From: Macrostomum lignano
Taxonomy: Eukaryota
NCBI GenBank assembly: GCA_002269645.1
Contig: NIVC01002434.1
Location: 62,001-126,000 of the forward strand
Length of the DNA stretch: 64,000 bases
Reading direction: 5' to 3'
Shown piece after piece: positions 23,651 through 37,089 of this stretch. A program made the position numbers and the translations under genes. The notes under the pieces are model-generated. The model saw nothing but the letters and a program-made list of their open reading frames with translations, did not search any database and was not told where the DNA came from. Positions within the stretch are counted from its first letter, which is position 1; each line of letters begins with the position of its first letter.

Positions 23651-24604
23651 TGGTCAGGTGCAGGCGGGTAGCCAGGATTCACGTCAGGGGGGCGGGGGAG
23701 GGACAGACACATCAATCCATCTCCGATGTTACCGATGGAAGCAGAATACAAAGGCAGTAAAAAATTCCCCTTTCAAGGGGGACAATGGTCATGGACATGT
23801 CCGAGTAGGCCCTACCTGCGTGGCTGACTCGGTGAAAAGTCAGATTTTTTCTTCGCTGTTTTCTAATTGCATAGGCCTACAGGCTACATTTTTTGCTTGC
23901 AGCAAAGAATTTTCAAATTGAAATAGAAAGTGTGGGTTTAGGCCCTATCTTTTATAACTGTCTGTGGGACAAGGCCAGCCTACAAGGATGGACTCAGATC
24001 AGAATCTCGCCAGGCTACTCACTATTGCCTATGTAATTAGGGGGGGGGGGCTAACTGATATTTGTCAGAATGCCAAATAGATAGGCCTATCATATAATAT
24101 ATAAAAATATTAGGCTATAGTTAGGCTAGGGGTTGTCAGGTTGATGGTCATTTTGTTTGCTCTGCTACTAGTGCCAGTTTGTCTGCTCTGCTAGCTACTC
24201 TTTTTGTCTGCAAAAAATACTTAATAATACAGTAATTTTCTCTGTCACTAATTATTAAATACAATGACAATTTTATGATATTAGAATGAAATAATAGGCC
24301 TATGCCGCCTAGATAACAAAGTCATTTTATAATAATAGTGATCTAATGACAATATTGTTATTAGATGTATTACTGAATCTACATTTTGTCAAAACAACAA
24401 TATGTCATATACTATTCAAATTATTGGGAATTAGTATTCAAATTAACGAAAATAGCAATTAATTAGGATTATATTGTATATGGGATAAAACAAGTTACAA
24501 ATTATTAAATAAGATTAAATTAATAGCAATACATAGATTTAAGGGAAAGGGTCCAATTTGCTATATTGCCCATCTGCTAGCTACTATGCAATGCAATTAA
24601 AACA

Positions 24605-26875
24605 CTAAGCAAATGATTGCTATGCACACAGTTAAAACACTAGGCCTAGGTAGATGGTTGCTATGCACACAATTAGAACACTAGGTAGATGGTTGCTATG
24701 CACACAATTAAAACACTAGGTAGATGGTTGCTATGCACACAATTAAAACACTAGGTAGATTGTTGCTATGCCCACAATTAAAACACTAGGTAGATGGTTG
24801 CTATGCACACAATTAAAACACTAGGTAGATGGTTGCTATGCCCACAATTAAAACACTAGGTAGATGGTTGTTATGTACAAAATTAAAACACTAGGTAGAT
24901 TGTTGCTATGCATACAATTAAAACACTAAGCAGATGGTTGCTATGCACACAATTAGAACACTAGGTAGATGGTTGCTATGCACACAATTAAAACACTAGG
25001 TAGATGGTTGCTATGCACACAATTAAAACACTAGGTAGATGGTTGCTATGCCCACAATTAAAACACTAGGTAGATGGTTGTTATGTACAAAATTAAAACA
25101 CTAGGTAGATTGTTGCTATGCACACAATTAAAACACTAGATAGATGGTTGCTATGCACACAATTAAAACACTAGGTAGATGGTTGCTATGCATACAATTA
25201 AAACACTAGGTAGATGGTTGTTATGTACAAAATTAAAACACTAGGTAGATTGTTGCTATGCACACAATTAAAACACTAGATAGATGGTTGCTATGCACAC
25301 AATTAAAACACTAGGTAGATGGTTGCTATGCACACAATTAAAACACTAGATAGATGGTTGCTATGCACACAATTAAAACACTAGGTAGATGGTTGCTATG
25401 CACACAATTAAAACACTAGGTAGATGGTTGCTATGCACACAATTAAAACACTAGGTAGATGGTTGCTATGCCCACAATTAAAACACTAGGTAGATGGTTG
25501 TTATGTACAAAATTAAAACACTAGGTAGATTGTTGCTATGCACACAATTAAAACACTAGATAGATGGTTGCTATGCACACAATTAAAACACTAGGTAGAT
25601 GGTTGCTATGCATACAATTAAAACACTAGGTAGATGGTTGTTATGTACAAAATTAAAACACTAGGTAGATTGTTGCTATGCACACAATTAAAACACTAGA
25701 TAGATGGTTGCTATGCACACAATTAAAACACTAGGTAGATGGTTGCTATGCACACAATTAAAACACTAGATAGATGGTTGCTATGCACACAATTAAAACA
25801 CTAGGTAGATGGTTGCTATGCACACAATTAAAACACTAGGTAGATGGTTGCTATGCACACAATTAAAACACTAGGTAGATGGTTGCTATGCACACAATTA
25901 AAACACTAGGTAGATGGTTGCTATGCACACAATTAAAACACTAGGTAGATGGTTGCTATGCACACAATTAAAACACTAGGTAGATGGTTGCTATGCACAC
26001 AATTAAAACACTAGGTAGATGGTTGCTATGCACACAATTAAAACACTAGGTAGATGGTTGCTATGCACACAATTAAAACACTAGGTAGATGGTTGCTATG
26101 CACACAATTAAAACACTAGGTAGATGGTTGCTATGTACACAATTAAAACACTAGGTAGATAGTTGCTATGCACACAATTATAGGTAGATGGTTGCTATGC
26201 ACACAATTAAAACACTAGGTAGATGGTTGCTATGCACACAATTAAAACACTAGGTAGATGGTTGCTATGCACACAATTAAAACACTAGGTAGATGGTTGC
26301 TATGCACACAATTAAAACACTAGGTAGATGGTTGCTATGCACACAATTAAAACACTAGGTAGATGGTTGCTATGCACACAATTAAAACACTAGGTAGATG
26401 GTTGCTATGCACACAATTAAAACACTAGGTAGATGGTTGCTATGCACACAATTAAAACACTAGGTAGATGGTTGCTATGCACACAATTAAAACACTAGGC
26501 AGATGGCTGCTATGCACACAATTAAAACACTAGGTAGATGGTTGCTATGCACACAATTAAAACACTAGGTAGATGGTTGCTATGCACACAATTAAAACAC
26601 TAGGTAGATGGTTGCTATGCACACAATTAAAACACTAGGTAGATGGTTGCTATGCACACAATTAAAACACTAGGCAGATGGCTGCTATGCACACAATTAA
26701 AACACTAGGTAGATGGTTGCTATGTACACAATTAAAACACTAGGTAGATGGTTGCTATGCACACAATTAAAACACTAGGTAGATGGTTGCTATGCACACA
26801 ATTAAAACACTAGGTAGGTAGATGGTTGCTATGCACACAATTAAAACACTAGGCAGATGGCTGCTATGCATACAA
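24605..26875. repeat. 35-bp satellite (ctaggtagatggttgctatgcacacaattaaaaca), about 65 copies, with a 420-bp higher-order duplication
   Basis: The unit is visible directly. 24961-25380 and 25381-25800 share the same variant pattern. Confidence 0.97.
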
Positions 26876-28648
26876 GTTCTGTTTTTATATGCATCCCAAA
26901 ATTTAATATGCCAATTATATATATTGATTGAGACTTGAGAGCCTGAGGCTTAGAACTTGGTCCCACCTACTGTCTTAGCAAGTTTATATGCCAAGCTATA
27001 TACCAAGGGATATGTTATGCTAGGCCCCATTTATATTCCAACAATATATGCTAGATCCTTTCATATATAAGAATTTTCTAGATTAGATGTATCTATCTTT
27101 AATCTACTATCTTCAATCTAGTATGTGCCAAACACAATTGCATATATTTAGCCTATTATTGTATATAACAATTGCAGATATAGTAGGTTTTAGCCTTTGT
27201 ACCTGGGTAGTCCCTAAAGATTAAGAAATAAATCTAGCACTTAGTATCTCCATTGTTGTGGCTAAAATTAATGAAATAATTTTCATTATTTTGAAATAAA
27301 TTATAGCTTCTAATCTCTCAACATGTTTATACACAATAATATGTATTTTCTATATAAAAAATGAAAAAAATTGAACTTGATAGGGTGGGGGTGCATGCCC
27401 TGTGCCTGTGCGCCTCCTTCCTAAATCTGCCATTGGTCTTAGCATTCCCCCCATTTGCCTAAATATATAATATACATCTCCTAGCAATACCCCCTGTCAA
27501 CCTTGACATCTTAGCAATTCCTCCTATAGGCTTTGACATCTTAGCAATTCCTCTATAAGTTTTTATATCTTAACAATTCTCAAATAAATCTTATATGTTC
27601 AACAGGATACTTCTTTTATATAAAGATGATTCATTTTTTATATGACTCTTCTAGTTTCAAATTAGCCTTAGTATAAATGGCTTAGAATAAAAAATAACAA
27701 AAAATTAGTTCCATATAAATGACCTGATATAACAAGAGATTTAGTATATAGCATTTATATTTACTATTGGCATGTGTTTTATATATAAAAGTATTATGTG
27801 CAAAGAATATTGACTATTTTACCAGTATACTTAAATTAGGTTAAAAAGTTTTTTAAATTAAATGAATTGTTGATTTCATAATGTAAAGAAGTTTTAATGC
27901 AATTTTGGCATTATAGCCATGCCATTATAGTTTATTACAGTTTGTTACTAATTGGTTTAAAATGGTCAGGATTTAATATAGCAAAACTTCAATAAGGCTC
28001 TATGCATCTTACATATATTGACAATAAGGTATATTTTTGTTTTTGATGTCAATATTTAAAAATAAAAAATTTAAACTGTCAAATATAAGAAAAGCCAATG
28101 TACTTAGTTATGATTGTTTGTTTGTTTAATCAATAAAATTAACTAGACATTTGTGTTGTAGATATATACATCTATTATCTTATCTATATGAAAATTATAT
28201 AAATGAGAGTGTCTTGCTATGCCAAGTAACATAGTAGAGTATGAGTCAGATTAGAATTGCATATGTGGTCCTAAACTGAGCCTTTAATACCTTGTACATT
28301 GGACAATTTGTCTCCTGTATTAAATAGGTATTATCTGGTCAAAATATGTTATTATATAAAATGTCTTTTATAGATAAAGTGACTTTAGGAGCTTAAAGTG
28401 TAAGGTAAAATATCCTATACCTTTTCATTTTATTTTAACTTAGCCTAAGTTTTAATTGTTAAAGTGTTTTGTTTAACTATGATTTAAAAATTACATATAA
28501 GCTACTAATATAGACAGTCAATTCCATTAAAGTTGCAAATGTTTATTTTTAATTACTTAAAGCTTTTTTTGAAATGTATGATTAAATTTTGTTTAATCTA
28601 TTGGAAACAAAAAACAACAAATTTCAGAGTATCTATTCTAGACTAATT

Positions 28649-30358
28649 ATGGCTTGTCGAAGGTTCACAGTAAGTTTTTTTTGCTATTTTATAAAATATA
28701 TCAATTTGCTTTAAAACATAATATTGAGGCACTTTTGGAAGCAAAATGCACTTTTTGGTGCTGAACCCCCATAATTGAAGCTATGTATTTCTTGCTTGAT
28801 TTATCTGCACATCTACCAATTTTGGCCTCCCAAAACAGGTGTGCGTTGAAGGCAACATTGGCTGCGGCAAGAGCTCATTTATTCGTCATTTCGCCAACAA
28901 ACTGCCGGGATATCTAAATGTACTGGAAGAGCCCGTTGCCCAGTGGACTAGCTTAAACAATAACAATTTGCTAGGCATGATGTACTCCGATCCCAAGCGC
29001 TGGTGTACCGCCTTCCAGGCCTACGTTATGCTGACTATGAGCGATGGCCATTCCAGTTCTAGGGGGGCATCAGCTCCTCCCGTCACTCTGTTGGAACGGT
29101 CGCTTCACTCAGCTTGCCGGGTGTTTGTGGAGAACCTGCATAAGCAGTGAGTGCTAATAGTAGGGGGCCCTAGCCCAGTGGTATAACGCGGCGCTTTGAT
29201 TCTGTGCATGGCCTAACGATAAATAAAGTTAGGGTTGCTGTACACTCCTGTGTGAGTGTGTGCCTGCGCGTATGACTGCGTACGTATCCGCGCGCTTGTG
29301 TGCCTGCTCAGGGGAGTCAGCAGAATGGGCAGTAATGCCTCTCGCCGGTTGTGTGACAATGTCGCTTAAAGTTCGCTGGGGTGCACACAGCCTCCTGCCT
29401 CTGACTAAAAATGAAAACGAAAAAATCCCCAAGGTCTGACTTATTTTCTAGAAGATTACTGCCGCTTTTGGATCTTCTACTATTAGTAATATTTCAGTTT
29501 ATCTTTTAATTTTTGTCCACCAAACAGATCTTTAATGGACAGCATGGACTATCACATTTTGATGGAATGGTACAACTTGTGGGTCAGCGATCAAACCTAC
29601 GATATTGACGTAATCAGTGAGTTTAAGTATAAATCATTAGTATGCTATTTAGTTTTTTAATATATTTGTATTTATTTTTCATACTGTTCTTTCTCTGTAG
29701 TCTATCTTCGCGCTAAACCGTCCGTGTGCTTGGAGCGAGTGAAAAAGCGCAACCGGTCTGAGGAGTGCGATTTGAGCCTTGTAAGTTACAGTCCGAACCC
29801 ACCACCCAGTGTACATGGCTCCCTTCTTATCAGTTCCCTCAGCACCCACCACCCCAGTGAACATGGCTCCCTTCTTATCAGTTCCCTCAGCACCCACCAC
29901 CCCAGTGAACATGGCTCCCTTCTTATCAGTTCCCTCAGCACCCACCACCCCAGTGTACATGGCTCCTTTCTTATCAGTTCCCTCAGCACCCACCACCCCA
30001 GTGTACATGGCTCCCTTCTTATCAGTTCCCTCAGCACCCACCACCCCAGCGTATGTGAATCCCCGGCGCATAACTAAAGTTCATTTGAACCAAACCACAG
30101 GAGCTGCTGGAGCAGCTGCACCAGCTGCACGAAGACTGGCTAATTAATCACAAATTCGGCTGTCCATCTACTCGGGTAGTTGTGCTGGATGCGGAGCAAG
30201 ATTTCGACAGTCTAATGGCTGTCTATGACAGGGAAGTGCTGCCGATTCTGCGCGACTTCGCTGGAGAACCGGCTGTTAACGGGTCCGCCGAATCCGGCGA
30301 GACTGACAAGGAAAACAAGCCAAACAGTTTGGTTGCTAGGCTCGGAGTTTCTCCTTGA
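28649..30358 (+). CDS. Deoxynucleoside kinase (dNK / mitochondrial TK2-like)
   Basis: Exons 28649-28669, 28839-29146, 29528-29616, 29701-29780 and 30101-30358 are phase-consistent. Motifs: VEGNIGCGKS (P-loop), EEPVAQW, LERS, YLR..P..CLERVKKRNRSEE (lid), LHEDWL. Confidence 0.93.
29221..29402. mobile_element. About 180-bp dispersed structured repeat (SINE- or Helitron-like, non-autonomous) in dNK intron 2
   Basis: Reverse-complement match to 63834-64000 and to a 40-bp piece at 6323-6362. Confidence 0.8.
29795..30050. repeat. 48-bp VNTR (about 5 copies) in dNK intron 4
   Basis: The unit gtgtacatggctcccttcttatcagttccctcagcacccaccacccca is repeated. Confidence 0.92.
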
Positions 30359-31169
30359 CGATTTGGTTGATTCATTGTCAGTCAGTTAACCAAGACGGAA
30401 TGCCAATCTAATTTATTGTTTTGTTATATTACTTAGTAGCGGATATAGCAAATTGTAAGCATTTTTAACGTAAGCGTAAATTTTCAGTAGTATTTAAGGA
30501 ACAATTTGAGCATTTTTGTACGCATTCTAATCACTTTATTATTTTTATTATATGGTTTTTTGCTACTTCTGGTGCTTTGATACTAAGTTTTATGCTTATA
30601 AATGGCCATTTTATTATACTGCGTATTTAATTATTAACTAATTTAAGTAATAATATAAAACTAATTTTTGTACTTTTTATAGTACAGCATGATCTATTAT
30701 TTAATAGTAAATTCTATCTACTTGACTTGGTTTCATTTTTTTTTCAAATTTAGCAAACAAGGTGGTTCAGTCTGCGATGTTGAGAATGGAGTTGGAAAAA
30801 TCGGGTTTTTTGTTTCTAGCGCGCTTCCCAGCTTCGGTTTGGCGTGTTAGTCCACGTTTTATTAGGGTTTTGTGAACGGATATGAGCTCTGGAGCTTGTC
30901 GCGCGCTATTCACACGAATGAGGGCAGACCCCGGATGGCACAGTCCATGAGAAAGTCAGGGCCGCTCCGTGTACGTGCTCATGGGTCAGCCGAATGGGCG
31001 GGACTGCTTGCCTTCTGCTGTCGAGTTTTGATATCTATATCTTTTAATCCATAGGCATCGCTAAAATCAGATAAATTATTGTAGAATAAGTTCTTGAACT
31101 TGTTCTCTCCACCAACCAGTCATCGGATGTCCAGAAGCTTCACCTAGATGCAGAGAAGGCCAATTAAAT

Positions 31170-31668
31170 CCTCTCCGGTGTGTTTAACAGGACTAGCCAT
31201 AGACTATCGCAGCCACTTCAACACTCGCCGCTGTGCAAAGCCGCTCCTCTCCGGTGTGTTAACAGGATTGGCCGTTCCTCTCCGGTGTGTTTAACTTTTA
31301 ACAGGACTAGCCATAGACTATCGCAGCCACTTTAACACTCGCCACTATGCGAATCCGTGCCTCTCCGGTGTGTTTAACAGGACTGACCATAGACTATCGC
31401 AGCCACTTCAACACTCGCCGCTGTGCAAATCCGCTCCTCTCCGGTGTGTTTAACTTTTAACAGGACTGGCCGAAGACTATCGCAGCCACTTTAACACTCG
31501 CCACTATGCAGAGCCGTTCCTCTCCGGTGTGTTTAACAGGACTGGCCATAGACTATTGCAGCCGCTTTAACACTTGCCGCTATGCAATGCCGTTTTTCTG
31601 GTGTGTTTAACAGGACTGGCCATAGACTATTGCAGCCACTTTAACACTCGCCACTCTGCAGAGCCGTG
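31170..31668. repeat. About 77-85-bp tandem repeat
   Basis: ctctccggtgtgtttaacaggactggccatagactatcgcagccactttaacactcgcc.. repeated about 6 times. Confidence 0.88.
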
Positions 31669-33045
31669 CCTGCATGCCGATGAGAATGGAGCGCTTTGTC
31701 TATATAAGATACAATGACGGATGTAAATTTTATTTTACATTGCAAAAGAACTGGATTTGCCGGCTACTTTTGCAAGAAATTGACGGATTGGGTGTACAGT
31801 AATGTGAACAAAGGTATTAAGCCTACTCCAGACTAGCTAGTCCGGACTTGGGTAGTTTAGTCTATAGTCTATGGTCTAGCTACCTTTGTTCTGTCTATAG
31901 TAGACCAGTCTAACTTTGTGTTTCTGCATACCAAATCAAAGTCCAGACTAGCTTTTCAAGACCGGACTACCCTAGACAGAGCTTTCTGCACACGGCCCTA
32001 TGAGTAACGTAGATATAATGTACATATACAGTATGTAGCCAGCTGCGATAATCGTACTCGACTCGATCGTACTTGTACTTTTTGGGGGCTGCAAAAATAT
32101 CAGCAGCGGCTAAATTAGACTAACATGTACATATACGGGATTGTCATAGGCAAGTCAATTCTGCTGGACCATCCGGCAGCTGAAAGTACAGTGTATATGC
32201 TATAAAATTAGTGTGAAAAATCACACCGAAAAAATAATCAGGATCCTGATGACACATGATCCTTTTGCCTGTGTAAGTCCTAGCGTGATTCACGTACCAT
32301 CACTGCAGCTACTGACTGACTTTGCCCTAACTAAGTTAGTTTTGCGCTAACACAACAGAGGCGCGGCTTCCTCCAGATCCCATCGTCAGGCTGCTGGTTA
32401 ATTTTGCAGCCACATGCAGTTTGGATCATGGAGTTCGAATGCTAAACAGGCTATAGTCAATCTGGAGACAAATAACCAACTGCAGCCTGACGAGAAAAAC
32501 CTGCCATCGTAGATTCAGTTGTAGAAATTTGAAGCTTATTCGAAACAAGTGTGTTTTGGATGTTTTCACTCTTGCTTGGTCAGAACTTCCACGACTTTAA
32601 CGATTTTTATTACAACTTAGATTTATGAGGTTTGTGAACGTGTTGGACTAAAAGCTACATATGTATTTGATAGCTAGTAGGAATCTTCTATCCAGACGTT
32701 CTCTTTATCTCCATGCCACTGCAGTCCCATCTCTGCACTGACTGCAATCAACGCTGCATGCCCATCCCCTGGGGGCAGAGGGGTTCCCGTGAGGACAAGA
32801 ATTTGGGCCTGTTAATATATCTGAGTATGCTGTACACCTGTTCTTTCTAAATGTTTCTTTTGGTAGCAAATCAATTTGCTCGCATGAATGATTGAATGCT
32901 ACTCTATATATTATCTATTTACAGGTATACAGGCATAATACCCATTATACATAATCCGGTTCACTAATTGCAGTGCCACTCGACTGTACTTTTAATTTGA
33001 TAATTTTCCAGTTGCAACTTGTATGCATTTATTTTACACCTTTGA

Positions 33046-33798
33046 AGGCACACCTGTCAGACACTCTGATAGGCACACCTGTCAGACACTCTGATAGGCA
33101 CACCTGTCAGACACTCTGATAGGCACACCTGTCAGACACTCTGATAGGCACACCTGTCAGACACTCTGATAGGCACACCTGTCAGACACTCTGATAGGCA
33201 CACCTGTCAGACACTCTGATAGGCACACCTGTCAGACACTCTGATAGGCACACCTGTCAGACACTCTGATAGGCACACCTGTCAGACACATCGATAGGCA
33301 CACCTGTCAGATACACTGATAGGGACACCTGTCAGACACACTGATAGGCACACCTGTCAGACACATCGATAGGCACACCTGTCAAACACACTGATAGGCA
33401 CACCTGTCAGACACATCGATAGGCACACCTGTCAGACACTCTGATAGGCACACCTGTCAGACACACTGATAGGCACATCTGTCAGACACACTGATAGGCA
33501 CACCTGTCAGACACATCGATAGGCACACCTGTCAGACACTCTGATAGGCACACCTGTCAGACACACAGATAGGCACACCTGTCAGACACTCTGATAGGCA
33601 CACCTGTCAGACACTCTGATAGGCACACCTGTCAGACACTCTGATAGGCACACCTGTCAGACACTCTGATAGGCACACCTGTCAGACACTCTGATAGGCA
33701 CATCTGTCAGACACTCTGATAGGCACACCTGTCAGACACACAGATAGGCACACCTGTCAGACACACAGATAGGCACACCTGTCAGACACGCTGATAGG
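33046..33798. repeat. 25-bp minisatellite aggcacacctgtcagacactctgat, about 30 copies
   Basis: The unit is visible directly. Confidence 0.95.
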
Positions 33799-34139
33799 CT
33801 GCACAGAGCGCTCAACAAAAAAGAATTGCTATGGTTTTCCAGGCCTTGCGTGCGCGTTGAACCGTGTTTGACTTGAGCACTGCTCATTTTGGACAATAAG
33901 ATGGCGAGGAGGCTTTTGCAGCGGAGACGAGATCGGTGATGCGAATTTCAGCATGACTGCTTTCTCGTCTTCTGTTCCGGGTCAAATGTTTTTTGTCTTC
34001 TGCTATCGTTACACGCGTATGGTTACACGAGTGTGGCCAAGGCGTTTTATTCGTGTTGATCTGTAGCGAAATTAGGCACTCCAGTGACTCTCACGAAGAA
34101 TTTTGAATTTTTCAAACTCTTCATTGAGATTTTAAGAAT

Positions 34140-34730
34140 AAAAGAATCTCTGGTGAGATTTTGAGGCTATCTGGAATCTCTAGTGAGATTTTGAGACTAT
34201 CTGGAATCTCTGGTGATAATTTGAGACGATATGGAAACTCTGGTGAGATTTCGACACTATCTGGAATCTCCTGTAAGATTTCGAGACTATCTGGAATCTC
34301 TGGTAAGATTTGGAGTCTATCTGATCAATCTTTGATAAGCTTTAGAGACTAGGAATCTCTGTTGAGAACTTGAGACTATATTTAATCTATGGGGAGATTT
34401 CGAAACTAACGGGAATCTCTGGTGAGATCTTGAGACTAACGGGAATCTCTAGTGAGATTTAGAGACTAACTGGAACCTCTGGTGAGAATTTGAGACATAG
34501 GGAATCTCTCATGAGATTTTGAGACTATCTGGAGTCTCTCGTGAGATTTGGAGACTATATGATCAATCTTTGATGAGCTAAGAGACTAGGAATCTCTGGT
34601 GAGAATTGGAGACATCTTTAATCTATGGGGAGATTTTGAGGCTAACGGGAATCTCTGGTGAGATTTCGAGGCTAACGGGAATCTCTGGTGAGATTTCGAG
34701 GCTAACGTGAATCTCTAGCGAGATTTTAGG
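34140..34730. repeat. About 30-bp minisatellite with AATCTC-N4-GAGATT palindrome; second block at 35575-35846
   Basis: ggaatctctggtgagattttgagactatct-like units. Confidence 0.88.
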
Positions 34731-35179
34731 ACTCGCTTGTATTTTGGAACATTCTCGTGACTTCTTAGTTTTTTTTCAAAGCTATTTGTGAGAATCTCTG
34801 CTTGCAAAGCTATGAAGATTTACGAGTCTCTCTGCTGTCGCTGAATTTTACTGGGCACTTGAAATAGCTCGTAATTTGGGACGTTTAACTGACAAGCAAA
34901 TGACCTTGATGCCAGCATTAGTTATGCCGTTTTTCGCTGGCAAGGCTGGCTGTTGTACACGGAATTAGTTAATATGCGCAATGAAAGGCTGCAGCAATTA
35001 TTGTGTTTCTTCGGAAAAGAGAATATCTAATCGATATTGAACAAATATTTCTTTTAAAGGTGGACTGCCGTGTTTTCAGTGCTAATAGTTTTCTTTCCTG
35101 CGCTGTATTTCAAATAGACATCAGCATAAATTGTGACTCACGAGTTTGTGAATATATAGCTATATCTGATCAGAATTAG

Positions 35180-36530
35180 CACCTGTTCATTGACACTTCA
35201 GACACCTGTTCATAGACACTGCTACCTGTTTATAGACACTGCTACCTGTTTATAGACACTGCTACCTGTTTATAGACACTGCTACCTGTTTATAGACACT
35301 GCTACCTGTTTATAGACACTGCTACCTGTTTATAGACACTGCTACCTGTTTATAGACACTGCTACCTGTTTATAGACACTGCTACCTGTTTATAGACACT
35401 GCTACCTGTTTATAGACACTGCTACCTGTTTATAGACACTGCTACCTGTTTATAGACACTGCTACCTGTTTATAGACACTGCTACCTGTTTATAGACACT
35501 GCTACCTGTTTATAGACACTGCTACCTGTTTATAGACACTGCTACCTGTTTATAGACACTACTATATGATTAATCTTTGATGAGCTTAAGAGACTAGGAA
35601 TCTCTGGTGAGAATTGGAGACTATCTGTGGAATCTCTGGTAAGAATTTGAGACATCCTTAATTCTATGGGGAGATTTTGAGACTAACGGGAATATCTAGT
35701 GAGATCTTGCGACTAACGGGAATCTCTAATGAGATTTTGAGACTAACGGGAATATCTAGTGAGATCTTGCAACTAACGGGAATCTCTACTGAGATTTCAA
35801 GACTAACGGGAATCTCTGGTGAGATTTCAAGACTAGTGGGAATCTCCTGTTCATAGACACTGCTACCTGTTTATAGACACTGCTGACACCTGTTCATAGA
35901 CACTGCTGATACCTGTTCATAGACACTGCTGGCACCTGTTCATAGACACTGCTGGCACCTGTTCATAGACACTGCTGACACCTGTTCATAGACACTGCTG
36001 GCACCTGTTCATAGACACTGCTGGCACCTGTTCATAAACATTGCTACTTGCTTACATGTAGCGAAGCCTGTTTACAGGTTGTGAAGCCTGTTTACAGGTA
36101 GTGAAGCCTGTTTACAGGTATTAAAGCCTGTTTACAGATAGTGAAGCCTGTTTACAAGTATTAAAGCCTGTTTACAGATAGTGAAGCCTGTTTGCAGGTA
36201 TTAAAGCCTGTTTACAGGTAGTGAAGCCTGTTTACAGGTAGTGATCGAAGCCTGTTTACAGGTAGTGAAGCCTGTTTACAGGTATTGAAGCCTGTTTACA
36301 GGTAGTGAAGCCTGTTTACAGGTAGTGAAGCCTGTTTACAGGTAGTGATCGAAGCCTGTTTACAGGTAGTGAAGCCTGTTTACAGGTATTGAAGCCTGTT
36401 TACAGGTAGTGAAGTCTGTTTACAGGTATTGAAGCCTGTTTACAGGTATTGAAACCTGTTTACAGGTAGTCAAGCCTGTTTACAGGTATTAAAGCCTGTT
36501 TACAGGTAGTGAAGCCTGTTTACAGGTTTT
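35180..36530. repeat. Compound array: 20-mer gctacctgtttatagacact, 30-mer block, 23-mer acacctgttcatagacactgctg, 20-mer gaagcctgtttacaggtagt
   Basis: Sub-arrays at about 35180-35560, 35575-35846, 35847-36050 and 36060-36530. Confidence 0.9.
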
Positions 36531-37089
36531 GAAATATGTTACTGTTCTATATTATCAGATACGGAGTTGTTATTTATTGTGATATACGAACGTATTCTTC
36601 TTCACAGTTTTTTGTTTCTTTCAGATAAAATATGTACTTTTTATTTTAAGTACATCCACAATTAAATCACGTGTTCGCATTGATGAGTACGAGAACGCGT
36701 GTATTTCTTAGAACAAATTGATTAGAGGAATTAAAAAAAGAAAGGTATGCTAATTAGCGCCCAGTTGGATCACATGCCTTTGTCGAAAAGAAACTGCAGT
36801 AGTGTCTTCTGGTACATTCGTACTGCGTCATCTAAAAGAAGCATCTCTGCAAATCTCTCATCGTTAAAAATCTCTTTTGAGATAGAAATCAAGCTAATTG
36901 AATAAAATTGTGTGGAGCCTCTGCGTTTACAAAACTACTGATTATAATTTCAATGAAACTGGACTTTAAATCTGCAGATGTACAGTGGGTTGCTAAGCAA
37001 TACTGTTTACAGAAGTTCTAGTCCGATTTCTAAACTCCAAGTCCAAGCTTTCTCTTACTGTCACGTGACCTCAGCTTAATCAGCGATTT

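Noticed and set aside
24605-26875. Regular 35-bp repeats as a possible CRISPR array
   Set aside because: Head-to-tail units without unique spacers, no cas genes, eukaryotic context. The same applies to the other arrays.
29163-29215. tRNA-like start GGGGCCC-TAGCCCAGTGG (A-box)
   Set aside because: No T-arm, B-box or 3' acceptor strand. At most a truncated tRNA-derived SINE head, not a tRNA gene.
32350-32520. Possible small exon (EARLPPDPIVRLLVNF..)
   Set aside because: All frames close quickly and no partner exons could be linked.
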